DNA from: Nitrospina sp. UBA6727
GTDB lineage: Bacteria; Nitrospinota; Nitrospinia; Nitrospinales; VA-1
NCBI GenBank assembly: GCA_002454045.1
Contig: DKID01000016.1
Coordinates: 30,471 to 94,470, forward strand
DNA length: 64,000 bases
Direction of reading: 5' to 3'
The notes under the pieces are model-generated. The model was not told the origin of the DNA and did not search any database. It saw only the letters and a program-made list of their open reading frames with translations. Positions 29,360-38,468 of this stretch are shown here, piece by piece. Every line of letters starts with the position of its first letter. Positions within the stretch are counted from its first letter, which is position 1. The translations under genes were made by a program, and so were the position numbers.

Positions 29360-30565
29360 TTATTTTTGTGTTACGGAGTAGCACGCGGGGAAAGTTTTTC
29401 CCGGCGCGATGACTATGCCAGGCTGAAGTGTGTTGCCGGCTCCGACAACAACTCCGTCACCAAGAAAAGCCCCGAGTTTTTTCATCCCCGTGGCGATGGG
29501 TCGCTTCCCATTTTTCACGGAAATTGGTTCCCGGTCCATCGCCCGGTTCACGGTCATGCACCCTGCCCCCACGTCCACGTTCTCGCCCAACACGCTGTCG
29601 CCGACAAAAGAAAGCCGACCGATTTGGGAGTTGTCCATCACCACGCAGTTTTTTAATTCCACGCCGCTCCCCACCGAACAGTTTTTTCCAACCGAGGTGT
29701 AACTCCTGATAAGAGAATTGTTGCCGATATAACTCCCCTCCCCGATGCAACACGGTCCCTCCAACACTGCGCCGGCTTTGATAGTCGCCCCCGCGGCGAT
29801 GCGCACAATTCCTTGCAAGGTTACATTCGCTTCCAGCGTTGCGGTTTGGGTGATGGAAGATTCCTGCCACGAGTCCATGACCATTTTGTTCACGGTTAAA
29901 ATTTCCCAAGGATAAACTACATCCAGCCACTCGTTTTCCCACATGGAAGCACGCAGTCCATCTCCCGCCACCACTTTCTTCAACGCCTTCTCCATTGAGT
30001 TTCCCGAAGATTCCAGTAGTTCGAAAAAAGAGGCGGGCAATATAAACACGCCCGACAGGACATAATTTCCGAGATTATTTCTTTTTGGTTTTTCGATGAT
30101 TTTCGTGATTTCCATCCGCGCATTGAGGAAAACATTCCCAAACATCTGGTTGGACGGCGGCAGACAAATCGAGGCAACTGGACATTTGAAGGCATGAAAA
30201 GATTGCTGAACTTTGCTGAAAATATTTTCCGCGGTCAGGGTGTCGCCATACAAAAGCAGAAAATACTCGCCGGGGGATATTTTATTTTTAGCCTGCAACA
30301 CCGCGTGCCCGATGCCCAGTTTGCGTTTCTGCTCCACGTAGTGCAGGTTCAATCCGTCGTGGTCTTGTTGCTGGAGCCGTTCGATTAACTTTTCCTTCTT
30401 ATGTCCGACCACCATGAAAATGTCATTGATGCCGGCACTTTTCAGCAAGCCAAAAGTATTGTCCAACATCGTCCGCCCCGCAACTCCAACCATGGAGACG
30501 TGCCGAGTTTCCGAGAAAGGACTGAGGTGGACACCCTCATCTGCGGCAAGGATTATGGCTTTCAT
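29360..30565 (-). CDS. Archaeal-type GlmU-like protein: nucleotidyltransferase fold plus left-handed beta-helix, with a degenerate NTP-binding signature
   Basis: 401 aa with a hexapeptide-repeat C-terminus. The N-terminal signature reads LAADEGVHLSP...TRHVSMV where LAAGKGTRLRP...RPKPMV is expected. It lies 15 nt upstream of glmS. Confidence 0.7.
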   Translation of the reverse strand: MKAIILAADEGVHLSPFSETRHVSMVGVAGRTMLDNTFGLLKSAGINDIFMVVGHKKEKLIERLQQQDHDGLNLHYVEQKRKLGIGHAVLQAKNKISPGEYFLLLYGDTLTAENIFSKVQQSFHAFKCPVASICLPPSNQMFGNVFLNARMEITKIIEKPKRNNLGNYVLSGVFILPASFFELLESSGNSMEKALKKVVAGDGLRASMWENEWLDVVYPWEILTVNKMVMDSWQESSITQTATLEANVTLQGIVRIAAGATIKAGAVLEGPCCIGEGSYIGNNSLIRSYTSVGKNCSVGSGVELKNCVVMDNSQIGRLSFVGDSVLGENVDVGAGCMTVNRAMDREPISVKNGKRPIATGMKKLGAFLGDGVVVGAGNTLQPGIVIAPGKTFPACYSVTQK

Positions 30566-30619
30566 CTAAGAAAATCCCGGCCAGGATAAGGTTGGCGGAG
30601 GGCGGCTCATGGCGACCAT

Positions 30620-30910
30620 TTATTTTTTCGAGATACCTTTGATTTTATATTCGACGATTTTTTTTCGTAACGTGTTGCGGTTGATTCCTAGAATATTCGC
30701 GGCTTTGGTCTGGTTGCCGCCGGTTTCCTTCAAAACAATTTCAACCAGCGGTTTTTCGATGCCCCCGATAATCAACTCGTGCAGATGCCCGTTGTTGGTT
30801 TTGTCCATCGCGCCGACATATTGCCGGATGGATTTGTCCAGCCATTTTTCCAAAAAAGTGGTGACTTGTTTTTTGGTTTTTTGCATAAACGACGGATTCA
30901 TCAACACCAT
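30620..30910 (-). CDS. Fis-family DNA-binding protein
   Basis: 96 aa. C-terminal HTH GGNQTKAANILGINRNTLRKKI. Confidence 0.85.
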   Translation of the reverse strand: MVLMNPSFMQKTKKQVTTFLEKWLDKSIRQYVGAMDKTNNGHLHELIIGGIEKPLVEIVLKETGGNQTKAANILGINRNTLRKKIVEYKIKGISKK

Positions 30911-31106
30911 GGGTTTGACAACTGCGACACCATCCCCAAGGTCGTAAGTGGCTAGGATGCGGCGATAATAGCAGACTCATCCCACGCGGTCAAGTTCGGA
31001 CTTCGCGGCGTTTTAAGCCGCGCAATTACAAGTTGATTCCACTCCGCCGCATGGTCTAGGATGAAGCGGAAGTTGTCCAAAAACTTTTTGACGCGTTCCA
31101 TAATCT

Positions 31107-32465
31107 ATGAAAGTCGCCTGCATTACATTGGGATGCCGAACCAATCAGCACGACACCGCGGAGATGCAAACCTTGCTTGAGCGAGAAGGTTTTTCCATCG
31201 TCGGCAGTAGAGAAAAAGCCGCCGCCTATGTCATCAACACCTGCACGGTGACCCAGCGTAGCGACACCAACTCCCGTCTCGCGGTTAAAAAATCTCTGGC
31301 GCTCAACCCCGATGCTCTAGTCGTGTTCACCGGATGTTACGCGCAACTTAATCCAGATGAAGCCTCGCAAATCGATGGCCTCGACATCGTCTTGGGCAAT
31401 GCTGACAAGTTGAAAGTCGCCGACATCATAAGGAAAAAACTGGCAAGCCGCGACCGTCCGTGGAGGAAAAGTGCCGCCGTCGAGGTCGTCATGTCCGACA
31501 TACATAAAGACCGTCTGTTCCGAACTATCCCGGTACGAAATTTTCAGGGCATGACCAAAGCCTTCATCAAAGTTCAAACCGGTTGCGATGAAAAATGTTC
31601 CTTTTGCACCGTCGTCAAAGCGCGCGGTAAATCGCTCAGCGACACACGAGAAAATATTATCCGCAACATCAAACAAGCCGTCGCTTCTGGATTTAAGGAG
31701 ATCACCCTCACGGGCATCAACATGGGGACATGGGGAATGGAACGCAACGAAACTTTTTCATCCCTAGTTCGCGACATCGTTGAACTTCCGGGAGATTTCC
31801 GCGTTCGGTTGAGTTCGATCAATCCAATGGAAATTGATAGCGACCTGATACAACTCATTGCGGAAACCGAAAAACTTTGTTCGCATCTTCATATTCCTTT
31901 GCAAAGCGGCGACGATGCAATCCTAAAAGCCATGCGCAGAAATTATAACCGCCGCCAATATTTTGAAGTTGTTCAACGCGCCGTCACCGCCATTCCCAGG
32001 CTGGGACTCGGCGCCGACGTTATCGTTGGCTTTCCCGGCGAAACCGAAGAAAAATTTGCAAACACCCGCGCGCTGATAGAACAGTTACCGTTCTCCTATC
32101 TGCATGTGTTTTCGTACTCACCGCGGCGGGGAACCGAGGCGCACCAAATTAAAGACGATGTCCCCGGGAACATAAAGAAACAAAGAAACCAAAACCTAAC
32201 GCAACTGGCTAATCAGAAATCCATTAAGTTTCGCGAAAGTTTTTTGAAGCAGCAAGAAACCGCGCTGTTAGAAAATCAACGGGACGCGAAGTCGGGATGG
32301 CTCAAGGGTCATACCGGCAACTATATTCCGGTCATCGTGGAAGGTTGCGATTCATTGAAAAACAGCATGGTCGCCGTCACCTTGCAAAAAGTTTGCGGGC
32401 ATCAGGTTGCGGCGGGATGTATCTCGCAATCGCCTGCCCACTTTGTCCGCGGTGATTCGTCGTGA
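31107..32465 (+). CDS. mtaB: Radical-SAM methylthiotransferase, MtaB type
   Basis: TLGCRTNQHD...INTCTVT...TGCYAQ (UPF0004 cluster) and the radical-SAM motif GCDEKCSFC. Confidence 0.85.
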   Translation: MKVACITLGCRTNQHDTAEMQTLLEREGFSIVGSREKAAAYVINTCTVTQRSDTNSRLAVKKSLALNPDALVVFTGCYAQLNPDEASQIDGLDIVLGNADKLKVADIIRKKLASRDRPWRKSAAVEVVMSDIHKDRLFRTIPVRNFQGMTKAFIKVQTGCDEKCSFCTVVKARGKSLSDTRENIIRNIKQAVASGFKEITLTGINMGTWGMERNETFSSLVRDIVELPGDFRVRLSSINPMEIDSDLIQLIAETEKLCSHLHIPLQSGDDAILKAMRRNYNRRQYFEVVQRAVTAIPRLGLGADVIVGFPGETEEKFANTRALIEQLPFSYLHVFSYSPRRGTEAHQIKDDVPGNIKKQRNQNLTQLANQKSIKFRESFLKQQETALLENQRDAKSGWLKGHTGNYIPVIVEGCDSLKNSMVAVTLQKVCGHQVAAGCISQSPAHFVRGDSS

Positions 32466-32920
32466 GCGACATTCAAATTATCTGCCAAAATAAAAAGGCG
32501 CGGCATAACTATTCCATCTCGGACACTCTGGAGGCGGGACTCGTGTTGAAGGGGACGGAAGTTAAATCCCTGCGCGACGGCAAAGCCAACTTGGTCGACA
32601 GTTACGCCACCATCGATGGAGAAGAAGCGTGGCTGAACCATTTTCATATCGACCCTTACGCTCCGGCCACGCAGTTCAACCATCACCCCATGCGCAAGCG
32701 CAAACTGCTTTTGCATAAAAAAGAAATCAACAAACTCATCGGCAAAACTCGAGAAAAAGGCTGCACTTTAGTTCCGCTGAAAGTTTTTTTTAGGAACGGG
32801 AAGGCGAAAGTTGATCTCGGCGTCGCCAAAGCAAAAAAACTTTACGACAAACGCGCCGCGCTCAAGAAACACGAATCCGAACGCGAAATCGACCGCGCCA
32901 TGAAATCCCGCAACCGCTAA
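32462..32920 (+). CDS. smpB: SsrA-binding protein
   Basis: NKKARHNYSI...GTEVKSLR...LLLHKKEI; 4-nt overlap with mtaB. Confidence 0.96.
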   Translation: MSDIQIICQNKKARHNYSISDTLEAGLVLKGTEVKSLRDGKANLVDSYATIDGEEAWLNHFHIDPYAPATQFNHHPMRKRKLLLHKKEINKLIGKTREKGCTLVPLKVFFRNGKAKVDLGVAKAKKLYDKRAALKKHESEREIDRAMKSRNR

Positions 32921-32936
32921 ACAGGAGACGCACGCG

Positions 32937-33929
32937 ATGGAAATGGACGAAGTCATCGGAAAAATACTGCACGGTTATCGACCGGCGTGTGTAGTCATGA
33001 CTGCTAACGAGTTAAAATTATTCGACCAGATTAAACAGCCAGCCACGGCAAAGCAAATCGCGGAAACCTTGAACTTGCACCGCGAAGCCACCGAGCGCCT
33101 GCTCAACTCACTCGTCGCGATGGAAATCATCACCAAGAAAAACCAAACCTACCACTTGCCAGAATCCGCGCACGACTATCTTACATCAGGCGGGAGCCGC
33201 TCTCTTCAGCAGTGGATTCAACTCGCCGCCGAGTTCTATCCGGTTTGGGGACAACTTTCCCCCTTCATAAAATCCGGCGTGCTCATCAAAAGTGTTATGG
33301 AAATGCTCGGCAGCGACCCGCACAAAATGAAGACGTTCACCAACGCCATGCACGACAAAGCACGCAAAGCCACTTGGCTAATCGCCCGCGAAATTCCTAT
33401 CGGAGAAGCAAAGACCATGCTGGATGTTGGCGGCGGGCCGGGGACCTACGCGCTGGAGTGGTGCAAACTGCACCGCCATCTGAAAGCCACCGTGTTCGAC
33501 ATCGCGTCGGTTTTGAGCGTCGCGAAAAATTACATCGAGGCATACGGATTGCAAGGTCAAGTTGATACCCGGCCGGGCGATTTTCATACCGATGATTTGG
33601 GCGACAGCCGATACGACCTCGTCCTGATGGCAAACATCCTACACATGTATGACGCGGAAATGGGCAGGGCGTTGGTCAGCAAAGCGGCGAAAGCCGTGAA
33701 GCCGGGCGGGCGAATTATCGTCCACGGTTTCTGCACCGACGAAAACCAAACCAGCCCCTTCGAGGACACGCTGTTCAATCTCAACATCGCCATGCTGAGC
33801 GAAGGCGGGCGGGCGCATCCCATCAAAGAAAAAATCAATTGGCTTGAAGGCGCCGGGATTTCCGACATCCGCCACTTCCGCATCGAAGCCGTCCCCACCG
33901 GAGTCATAACAGGTCGGCGTCACCACTAA
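32937..33929 (+). CDS. Class I SAM-dependent O-methyltransferase with an N-terminal winged-helix dimerisation domain
   Basis: MLDVGGGPGTYAL (motif I), PGDFH, and LMANILHMYD, typical of the COMT/ASMT-like family. Confidence 0.75.
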   Translation: MEMDEVIGKILHGYRPACVVMTANELKLFDQIKQPATAKQIAETLNLHREATERLLNSLVAMEIITKKNQTYHLPESAHDYLTSGGSRSLQQWIQLAAEFYPVWGQLSPFIKSGVLIKSVMEMLGSDPHKMKTFTNAMHDKARKATWLIAREIPIGEAKTMLDVGGGPGTYALEWCKLHRHLKATVFDIASVLSVAKNYIEAYGLQGQVDTRPGDFHTDDLGDSRYDLVLMANILHMYDAEMGRALVSKAAKAVKPGGRIIVHGFCTDENQTSPFEDTLFNLNIAMLSEGGRAHPIKEKINWLEGAGISDIRHFRIEAVPTGVITGRRHH

Positions 33930-33983
33930 CCGCGGCGGCGTGACGGTGACGGCGTAACGGCGCAATGATGCGGGAACGGTGGC
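33929..33983 (+). repeat. G+C-rich word repeat after the O-methyltransferase stop
   Basis: ccgcggcggcgtgacggtgacggcgtaacggcgcaatgatgcgggaacggtggcgg. Confidence 0.55.
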
Positions 33984-34014
33984 GGTGGCGATTAGTCGCC
34001 GCTTTATTTTTTTT
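33984..34014 (+). terminator. Rho-independent terminator for the O-methyltransferase gene
   Basis: Stem GGCGA / TCGCC (33987-33991 / 33996-34000) with loop TTAG, extendable with G-C and G-U pairs. It is followed by TTTATTTTTTTT. Confidence 0.6.
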
Positions 34015-34016
34015 CG

Positions 34017-34649
34017 CTAGTGGTTGAGGCGGGAAAAATTTTTCAGCACGGTGAGACCCTGACGCTGACTTTTCTCTGGATGAAACTGGAAGGCGTGGAT
34101 ATTTTCCCGATGGATTCCAGAGGCGAAATCAATTCCATAACGGGTGGTGGTGGCGACGATTGCCGGGTCGTCGGGGACGATGTAATAGGAATGTACAAAA
34201 TAAAAATAGGACTCGTCGGCCACCGCATCAAACAACGAGTTGCGTGAAGTCGCGCGCACGCGGTTCCATCCCATGTGCGGAATTTTTAACGGCTCCCCGG
34301 AGTCGGACTTGGCGCGAACCTCTTTGAATCCCACCACCTTGCCGGGGAGGATGCCCAGTCCATCGACGCGACCAAACTCTTCGGCTTGACTAAACAAAAG
34401 TTGCAGTCCGAGACAAATGCCAAGAAAGGGCTTGCCGCTTTTTACCGACTGACGCACCGTGTCGATGAGATTCAGTTTCTCCAGATTCGCCATGCATTCT
34501 TTGAAAGCGCCAACGCCGGGGAGCACCACGGATTTTGCCGACAGGATTTTCTGCGCGTCGCTGGTAACCGTCGCCGCGGCGCCGACGGCCTCAAAACCTT
34601 TTTGCACGGAGCGGAGGTTGCCCATCCCGTAATCGATGATGGCGATCAA
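34017..34649 (-). CDS. hisH: Imidazole glycerol phosphate synthase, glutaminase subunit
   Basis: IAIIDYGMGNLRSV, GICLGLQLL (Cys nucleophile), QFHPEKS. Confidence 0.96.
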   Translation of the reverse strand: MIAIIDYGMGNLRSVQKGFEAVGAAATVTSDAQKILSAKSVVLPGVGAFKECMANLEKLNLIDTVRQSVKSGKPFLGICLGLQLLFSQAEEFGRVDGLGILPGKVVGFKEVRAKSDSGEPLKIPHMGWNRVRATSRNSLFDAVADESYFYFVHSYYIVPDDPAIVATTTRYGIDFASGIHRENIHAFQFHPEKSQRQGLTVLKNFSRLNH

Positions 34650-35237
34650 CTAAAGAACTCCTTTGGTGGAAGGAACTTCTTTGCGACGCGGGTCCAGTGT
34701 GCAGGCGGAATCTAAAGCGCGGGCGAAAGATTTGAACAGCGCTTCCGTGATGTGGTGAAGATTATTCCAGTACGGCGAATTGAAGTGCAGGGTCATTTTG
34801 CTGTTGGCGGAAAAGGCTTGGAAAAATTCCGGCACCAATTCGACATCGAACTCGCCAAGTTTGGCTTTGGGAAGTTTTAGATTGAACACGAAAAACGCGC
34901 GACCGCTGATGTCGACGACGCACTGCGCCAAGGCTTCGTTCAAGGGCGCGCTGGCTTCTGCAAATCGGCGGATACCTTTTTTATCTCCTAACGCTTTATG
35001 AAACGCTTGCCCCACGGCTATGCCGACGTCTTCCACCGTGTGATGAGAGTCGATGCGAGTATCGCCTTCGGCTTTGACCGTCAAGTCAAAATAACCGTGC
35101 CGTGCTAACTGCGACAACATGTGGTCCAAAAATGGGACGGGGGTCTGAATGTTCTGAACGCCGGTGCCGTCCAAATTCAAATGGACTTCAATTTTGGTCT
35201 CGGTGGTGGAGCGCTTGACTTCGGCAGTTCTAGCCAT
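34650..35237 (-). CDS. hisB: Imidazoleglycerol-phosphate dehydratase
   Basis: RSTTETKIEV, DSHHTVEDVGIAVG, HHITEALFKSFARAL. Confidence 0.96.
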   Translation of the reverse strand: MARTAEVKRSTTETKIEVHLNLDGTGVQNIQTPVPFLDHMLSQLARHGYFDLTVKAEGDTRIDSHHTVEDVGIAVGQAFHKALGDKKGIRRFAEASAPLNEALAQCVVDISGRAFFVFNLKLPKAKLGEFDVELVPEFFQAFSANSKMTLHFNSPYWNNLHHITEALFKSFARALDSACTLDPRRKEVPSTKGVL

Positions 35238-37260
35238 TCAAAGGTTGCCTCATTTTGATTTCCGCCTTGTTGCCATTTCCGGAAGGGGATGACTTTTTAC
35301 CGCGGACGAAACGGGACTTTTTTTCATCGCCCGTCAGCGATTTTTTTTCGTTATCGGAAACTGTTTTTTCCGCCGCAGTTTCCGCCAACGTTTTATAAAA
35401 CTTCGCGATGGTTTCAAACATGCCGTCCGGGTCCAACTTAAGTTTTTTGCGTTGCGCGTCGGCGGCCCCGTGCTCCAAAATAATATCGCCGACGCCAATA
35501 CATTTTACCGGCACATTCGTCACCTGCTCTTCTTGCAAGGCTTCCAGAACCGCGGACCCGAATCCGCCTTTGAGGGAATGCTCCTCCGTGGTAATCAGGC
35601 ACCGTGCTCGCTGGGCGTACTTGGTGATCAATTCTTTGTCCACCGGTTTCGCAAACCGCGCATTGATAACGGCGACGCTGACGTCGTCTTTCTCAAACTT
35701 GTCCGCCACTTGCCGCGCCCAATCGACCGTGTGCCCGTACGCGAAAATGGCAATCTCCGACCCGTCGCGAATCACTTCGCCTTTGCCGATTTCAATCGCC
35801 GTTATTTTAGAGTCGAGCGACACGCCCAGCCCGGAACCTCTGGGATAGCGCAGGGCGGCGGGGCCTTGATGATAAATCGCCGTCTTCAACATGCGCCGTA
35901 ATTCGTTTTCATCTTTGGGAGCCATCACCACCATGTTCGGCAAAGTGCGGAGAAACGCGATGTCGTACAAACCTTGATGCGTCGCGCCGTCTTCGCCGAC
36001 TATCCCCGCCCGGTCCATGGCGAACGTCACCGACAAGTTCATCAGACAGATGTCGTGAACAACTTGGTCATACGCCCTTTGCAAAAAGGTGGAGTAGATG
36101 GCCGCAACCGGGCGGAAGCCTTCTATCGAGAGCGCGCCCGCGAAGGCGACGCCATGTTGTTCCGCCATGCCGACATCAAAGGTGCGGTCGGGAAACTCTT
36201 TTGCAAATTTATTGATTCCCGTTCCGTCGGGCATCGCCGCGGTGATACCGACGATCTTGTCGTCGTCCTTCGCCAGTTCAATCAAGGCGTCGGCGAACAC
36301 GTTGGTGTAGGTCGGGTTGGCTTTCTTCTTGTGAAATATTCCCGTGGAAATATCAAAAGGCTTGGCGCCGTGCCAGACGTCTGCCTTCTCTTCCGCTTGC
36401 TCGTAACCTTTTCCCTTGCGGGTGATGACGTGCATCAACGTTGGGCCTTTAAGACTTTTCGCGGCGACGAACGTTTCGATTAACGCCGCAACGTCGTGGC
36501 CGTCTATCGGTCCCACATAACGAAAGCCCAGGTCTTCGAACAAACGCCCGGGGATGAATATTCCTTTTATCGCTTCGTCCAACTTGTGCGCGTACCGCGA
36601 AATTTCTTTGCCGATACCGGGAACCGCTAACAAAAGTTGGTCGACCTCCCGCTTGATTTTCAGCATCACTTGCCCGGTCATAATTTTGCTGAGGTGCGCG
36701 GACATTCCGCCGATGTTCGCGGAGATGGACATTTCGTTGTCGTTGAGCACGACGATCATATCGTTCTGAATATGCCCGGTGTGATTGAGTCCTTCGAAAG
36801 CCATTCCCGCGGTCAGCGAACCATCGCCGATGACCGCGACCACATCGTTGTCTTCATTCTTTAGATCCCGCGCTTTGGCAAAAGCCAACGCGGCGGAAAT
36901 GGAAGTGCCGCCGTGACCGCAGTTCCAGTGGTCGTGCTCGCTCTCTTCCCGCTTGGTGAAACCGCATAACCCGCCTTGCTGGCGAAGCGTGTTAAATCGG
37001 TCGCGCCGTCCCGTCAACAATTTGTGGACGTAAGATTGGTGGCCGACATCCCAAACAAATTTATCTTTCGGACTGTCGAAGACATAATGCATCGCCAAGG
37101 TCAATTCCACCACGCCGAGGTTGGAGGACAGATGCCCGCCGGTTTCGGAAATGGTTGCCAGAAGAGTGTCGCGGATTTCTTGAGCGAGGAGCGGCAAGTC
37201 TTTCGCTGAAAGTTTTTTCAAATCGCGAGGACTGTCTATGCGATTTAATAGATTGCTCAT
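35230..37260 (-). CDS. dxs: 1-deoxy-D-xylulose-5-phosphate synthase with a Lys/Ser-rich C-terminal tail of about 45 aa
   Basis: GGHLSSNLGVVELT, GDGSLTAGMAFEGLN, and the transketolase C-terminal domain. It is 676 aa where 620-640 is usual. The tail overlaps the hisB start by 8 nt. Confidence 0.95.
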   Translation of the reverse strand: MSNLLNRIDSPRDLKKLSAKDLPLLAQEIRDTLLATISETGGHLSSNLGVVELTLAMHYVFDSPKDKFVWDVGHQSYVHKLLTGRRDRFNTLRQQGGLCGFTKREESEHDHWNCGHGGTSISAALAFAKARDLKNEDNDVVAVIGDGSLTAGMAFEGLNHTGHIQNDMIVVLNDNEMSISANIGGMSAHLSKIMTGQVMLKIKREVDQLLLAVPGIGKEISRYAHKLDEAIKGIFIPGRLFEDLGFRYVGPIDGHDVAALIETFVAAKSLKGPTLMHVITRKGKGYEQAEEKADVWHGAKPFDISTGIFHKKKANPTYTNVFADALIELAKDDDKIVGITAAMPDGTGINKFAKEFPDRTFDVGMAEQHGVAFAGALSIEGFRPVAAIYSTFLQRAYDQVVHDICLMNLSVTFAMDRAGIVGEDGATHQGLYDIAFLRTLPNMVVMAPKDENELRRMLKTAIYHQGPAALRYPRGSGLGVSLDSKITAIEIGKGEVIRDGSEIAIFAYGHTVDWARQVADKFEKDDVSVAVINARFAKPVDKELITKYAQRARCLITTEEHSLKGGFGSAVLEALQEEQVTNVPVKCIGVGDIILEHGAADAQRKKLKLDPDGMFETIAKFYKTLAETAAEKTVSDNEKKSLTGDEKKSRFVRGKKSSPSGNGNKAEIKMRQPLNG

Positions 37261-37278
37261 GTCGGACGGTTCCTAATT

Positions 37279-37329
37279 AAAATGTTCGCCGTGGCAAAAT
37301 GTTCGTCGCGCTAAAATGTTCGTCGCACA
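37279..37329. repeat. Three tandem 17-bp units (AAAATGTTCGYCGNNNN) across the ispA stop and the ispA-dxs spacer
   Basis: aaaatgttcg begins at 37279, 37296 and 37313, an exact 17-bp period. Confidence 0.8.
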
Positions 37330-38219
37330 AAGAACCGGGCAATGTCGCGGAGAGGGTCTGCCCGACCGTCAAATTCTTGCAGACACGCCACGCTTTCTTC
37401 GACCAGACTTTCGGCTTTGCGGCGCGACTCTTCCAATCCGTAAAGGGACGGGTAGGTCGCCTTATCTTTGGTCAAGTCGCCGCCCATGTCCTTCCCTATT
37501 TTTTTTTCATTGCCCGTGATGTCGAGGATGTCATCAACAATTTGAAAGGCGAGCCCAACGTGAGCGCCGAACCGGGACAATGCACTCAACTGGCGGGGAG
37601 TAGCCTGACTAAGGATGCCGCCGCAACGGATGCAGGCTTGAATCAGAAACCCCGTTTTGTGAACGTGAATATACTCCAGAGTTTCCGCGTCGATCGGTTT
37701 GCCTTCCGATTCCAGGTCAACCACCTGACCGCCAATCATTCCTGCGGACCCCAGCGCCGTCGCCATTTCGTGGGCGGCGTCAAGAAGGCGCGCGGGCGGG
37801 ACGGGCTTCATCCCCGCGGACTGCGTCATCAGGATGAAAGCCTGAGTCAGCAAAGCATCCCCCGTCAAAATGGCAACTGCTTCGCCGAAAACTTTATGGT
37901 TCGCGGGTTTCCCTCGCCGCAGGTCGTCGTTATCTAAGGCCGGGAGGTCATCGTGAATCAAGGTGTATGTGTGAATCAACTCGGCGGCCACCGCAAACGG
38001 CAACACCGCTTTTCGGTCTCCCCCCACTGCCTCCGCCGCCGCGATGACCAAGACGGGACGCAACCTTTTCCCCCCTGCGCGGAGACTATAATGCATCGCT
38101 TTGTGGATGACATCGGGGTAGGCATCCTGTTGCGGCAAGAGACTCAGCACCGCCGCGTCGATTATTTTTTTACCTTCAGAAAGGTACCGAGATGCGGACA
38201 ACCTGTTCGACAAAATCAA
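37311..38219 (-). CDS. ispA: (2E,6E)-farnesyl diphosphate synthase / polyprenyl synthetase
   Basis: LIHDDLPALDNDDLRRG (FARM) and FQIVDDILD (SARM). The start is TTG. Confidence 0.9.
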   Translation of the reverse strand: MILSNRLSASRYLSEGKKIIDAAVLSLLPQQDAYPDVIHKAMHYSLRAGGKRLRPVLVIAAAEAVGGDRKAVLPFAVAAELIHTYTLIHDDLPALDNDDLRRGKPANHKVFGEAVAILTGDALLTQAFILMTQSAGMKPVPPARLLDAAHEMATALGSAGMIGGQVVDLESEGKPIDAETLEYIHVHKTGFLIQACIRCGGILSQATPRQLSALSRFGAHVGLAFQIVDDILDITGNEKKIGKDMGGDLTKDKATYPSLYGLEESRRKAESLVEESVACLQEFDGRADPLRDIARFFVRRTF

Positions 38220-38468
38220 TCAACAATCGTTATTGAAAATATAATTTGCGCGCCACCGTTCGGAAATTTTAGCACATATCCTTCCACCGTCAACTTTATT
38301 GTGCGCCTTCCCTCATCCCAGAAATCGTTAACTTATAATTCGCTGACGGAAAAATTTTACTCGGCATTTACACGAAGTTGGCAAGCGCTTGTGTTTTACA
38401 AAATGTTGATTTACTATGAACGCCCCGCGCGGGAAAACTTTTCGCCCCTCTTCTCATAGGATCAAACA

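Noticed and set aside
30951-31062. Direct repeat CTAGGATG..GCG.AA (30952 and 31046) and a small hairpin CGCGGC-N7-GCCGCG in the fis/mtaB divergent spacer
   Set aside because: The matches are short, only two copies exist, and no supporting context is present. This is compatible with chance or ordinary promoter architecture.
30911-33000. tmRNA (ssrA) near smpB
   Set aside because: No GGGG...tRNA-like acceptor or T-arm (GGTTCGAATCC-type) sequence and no tag-peptide ORF was seen in the flanking spacers. ssrA must lie elsewhere.
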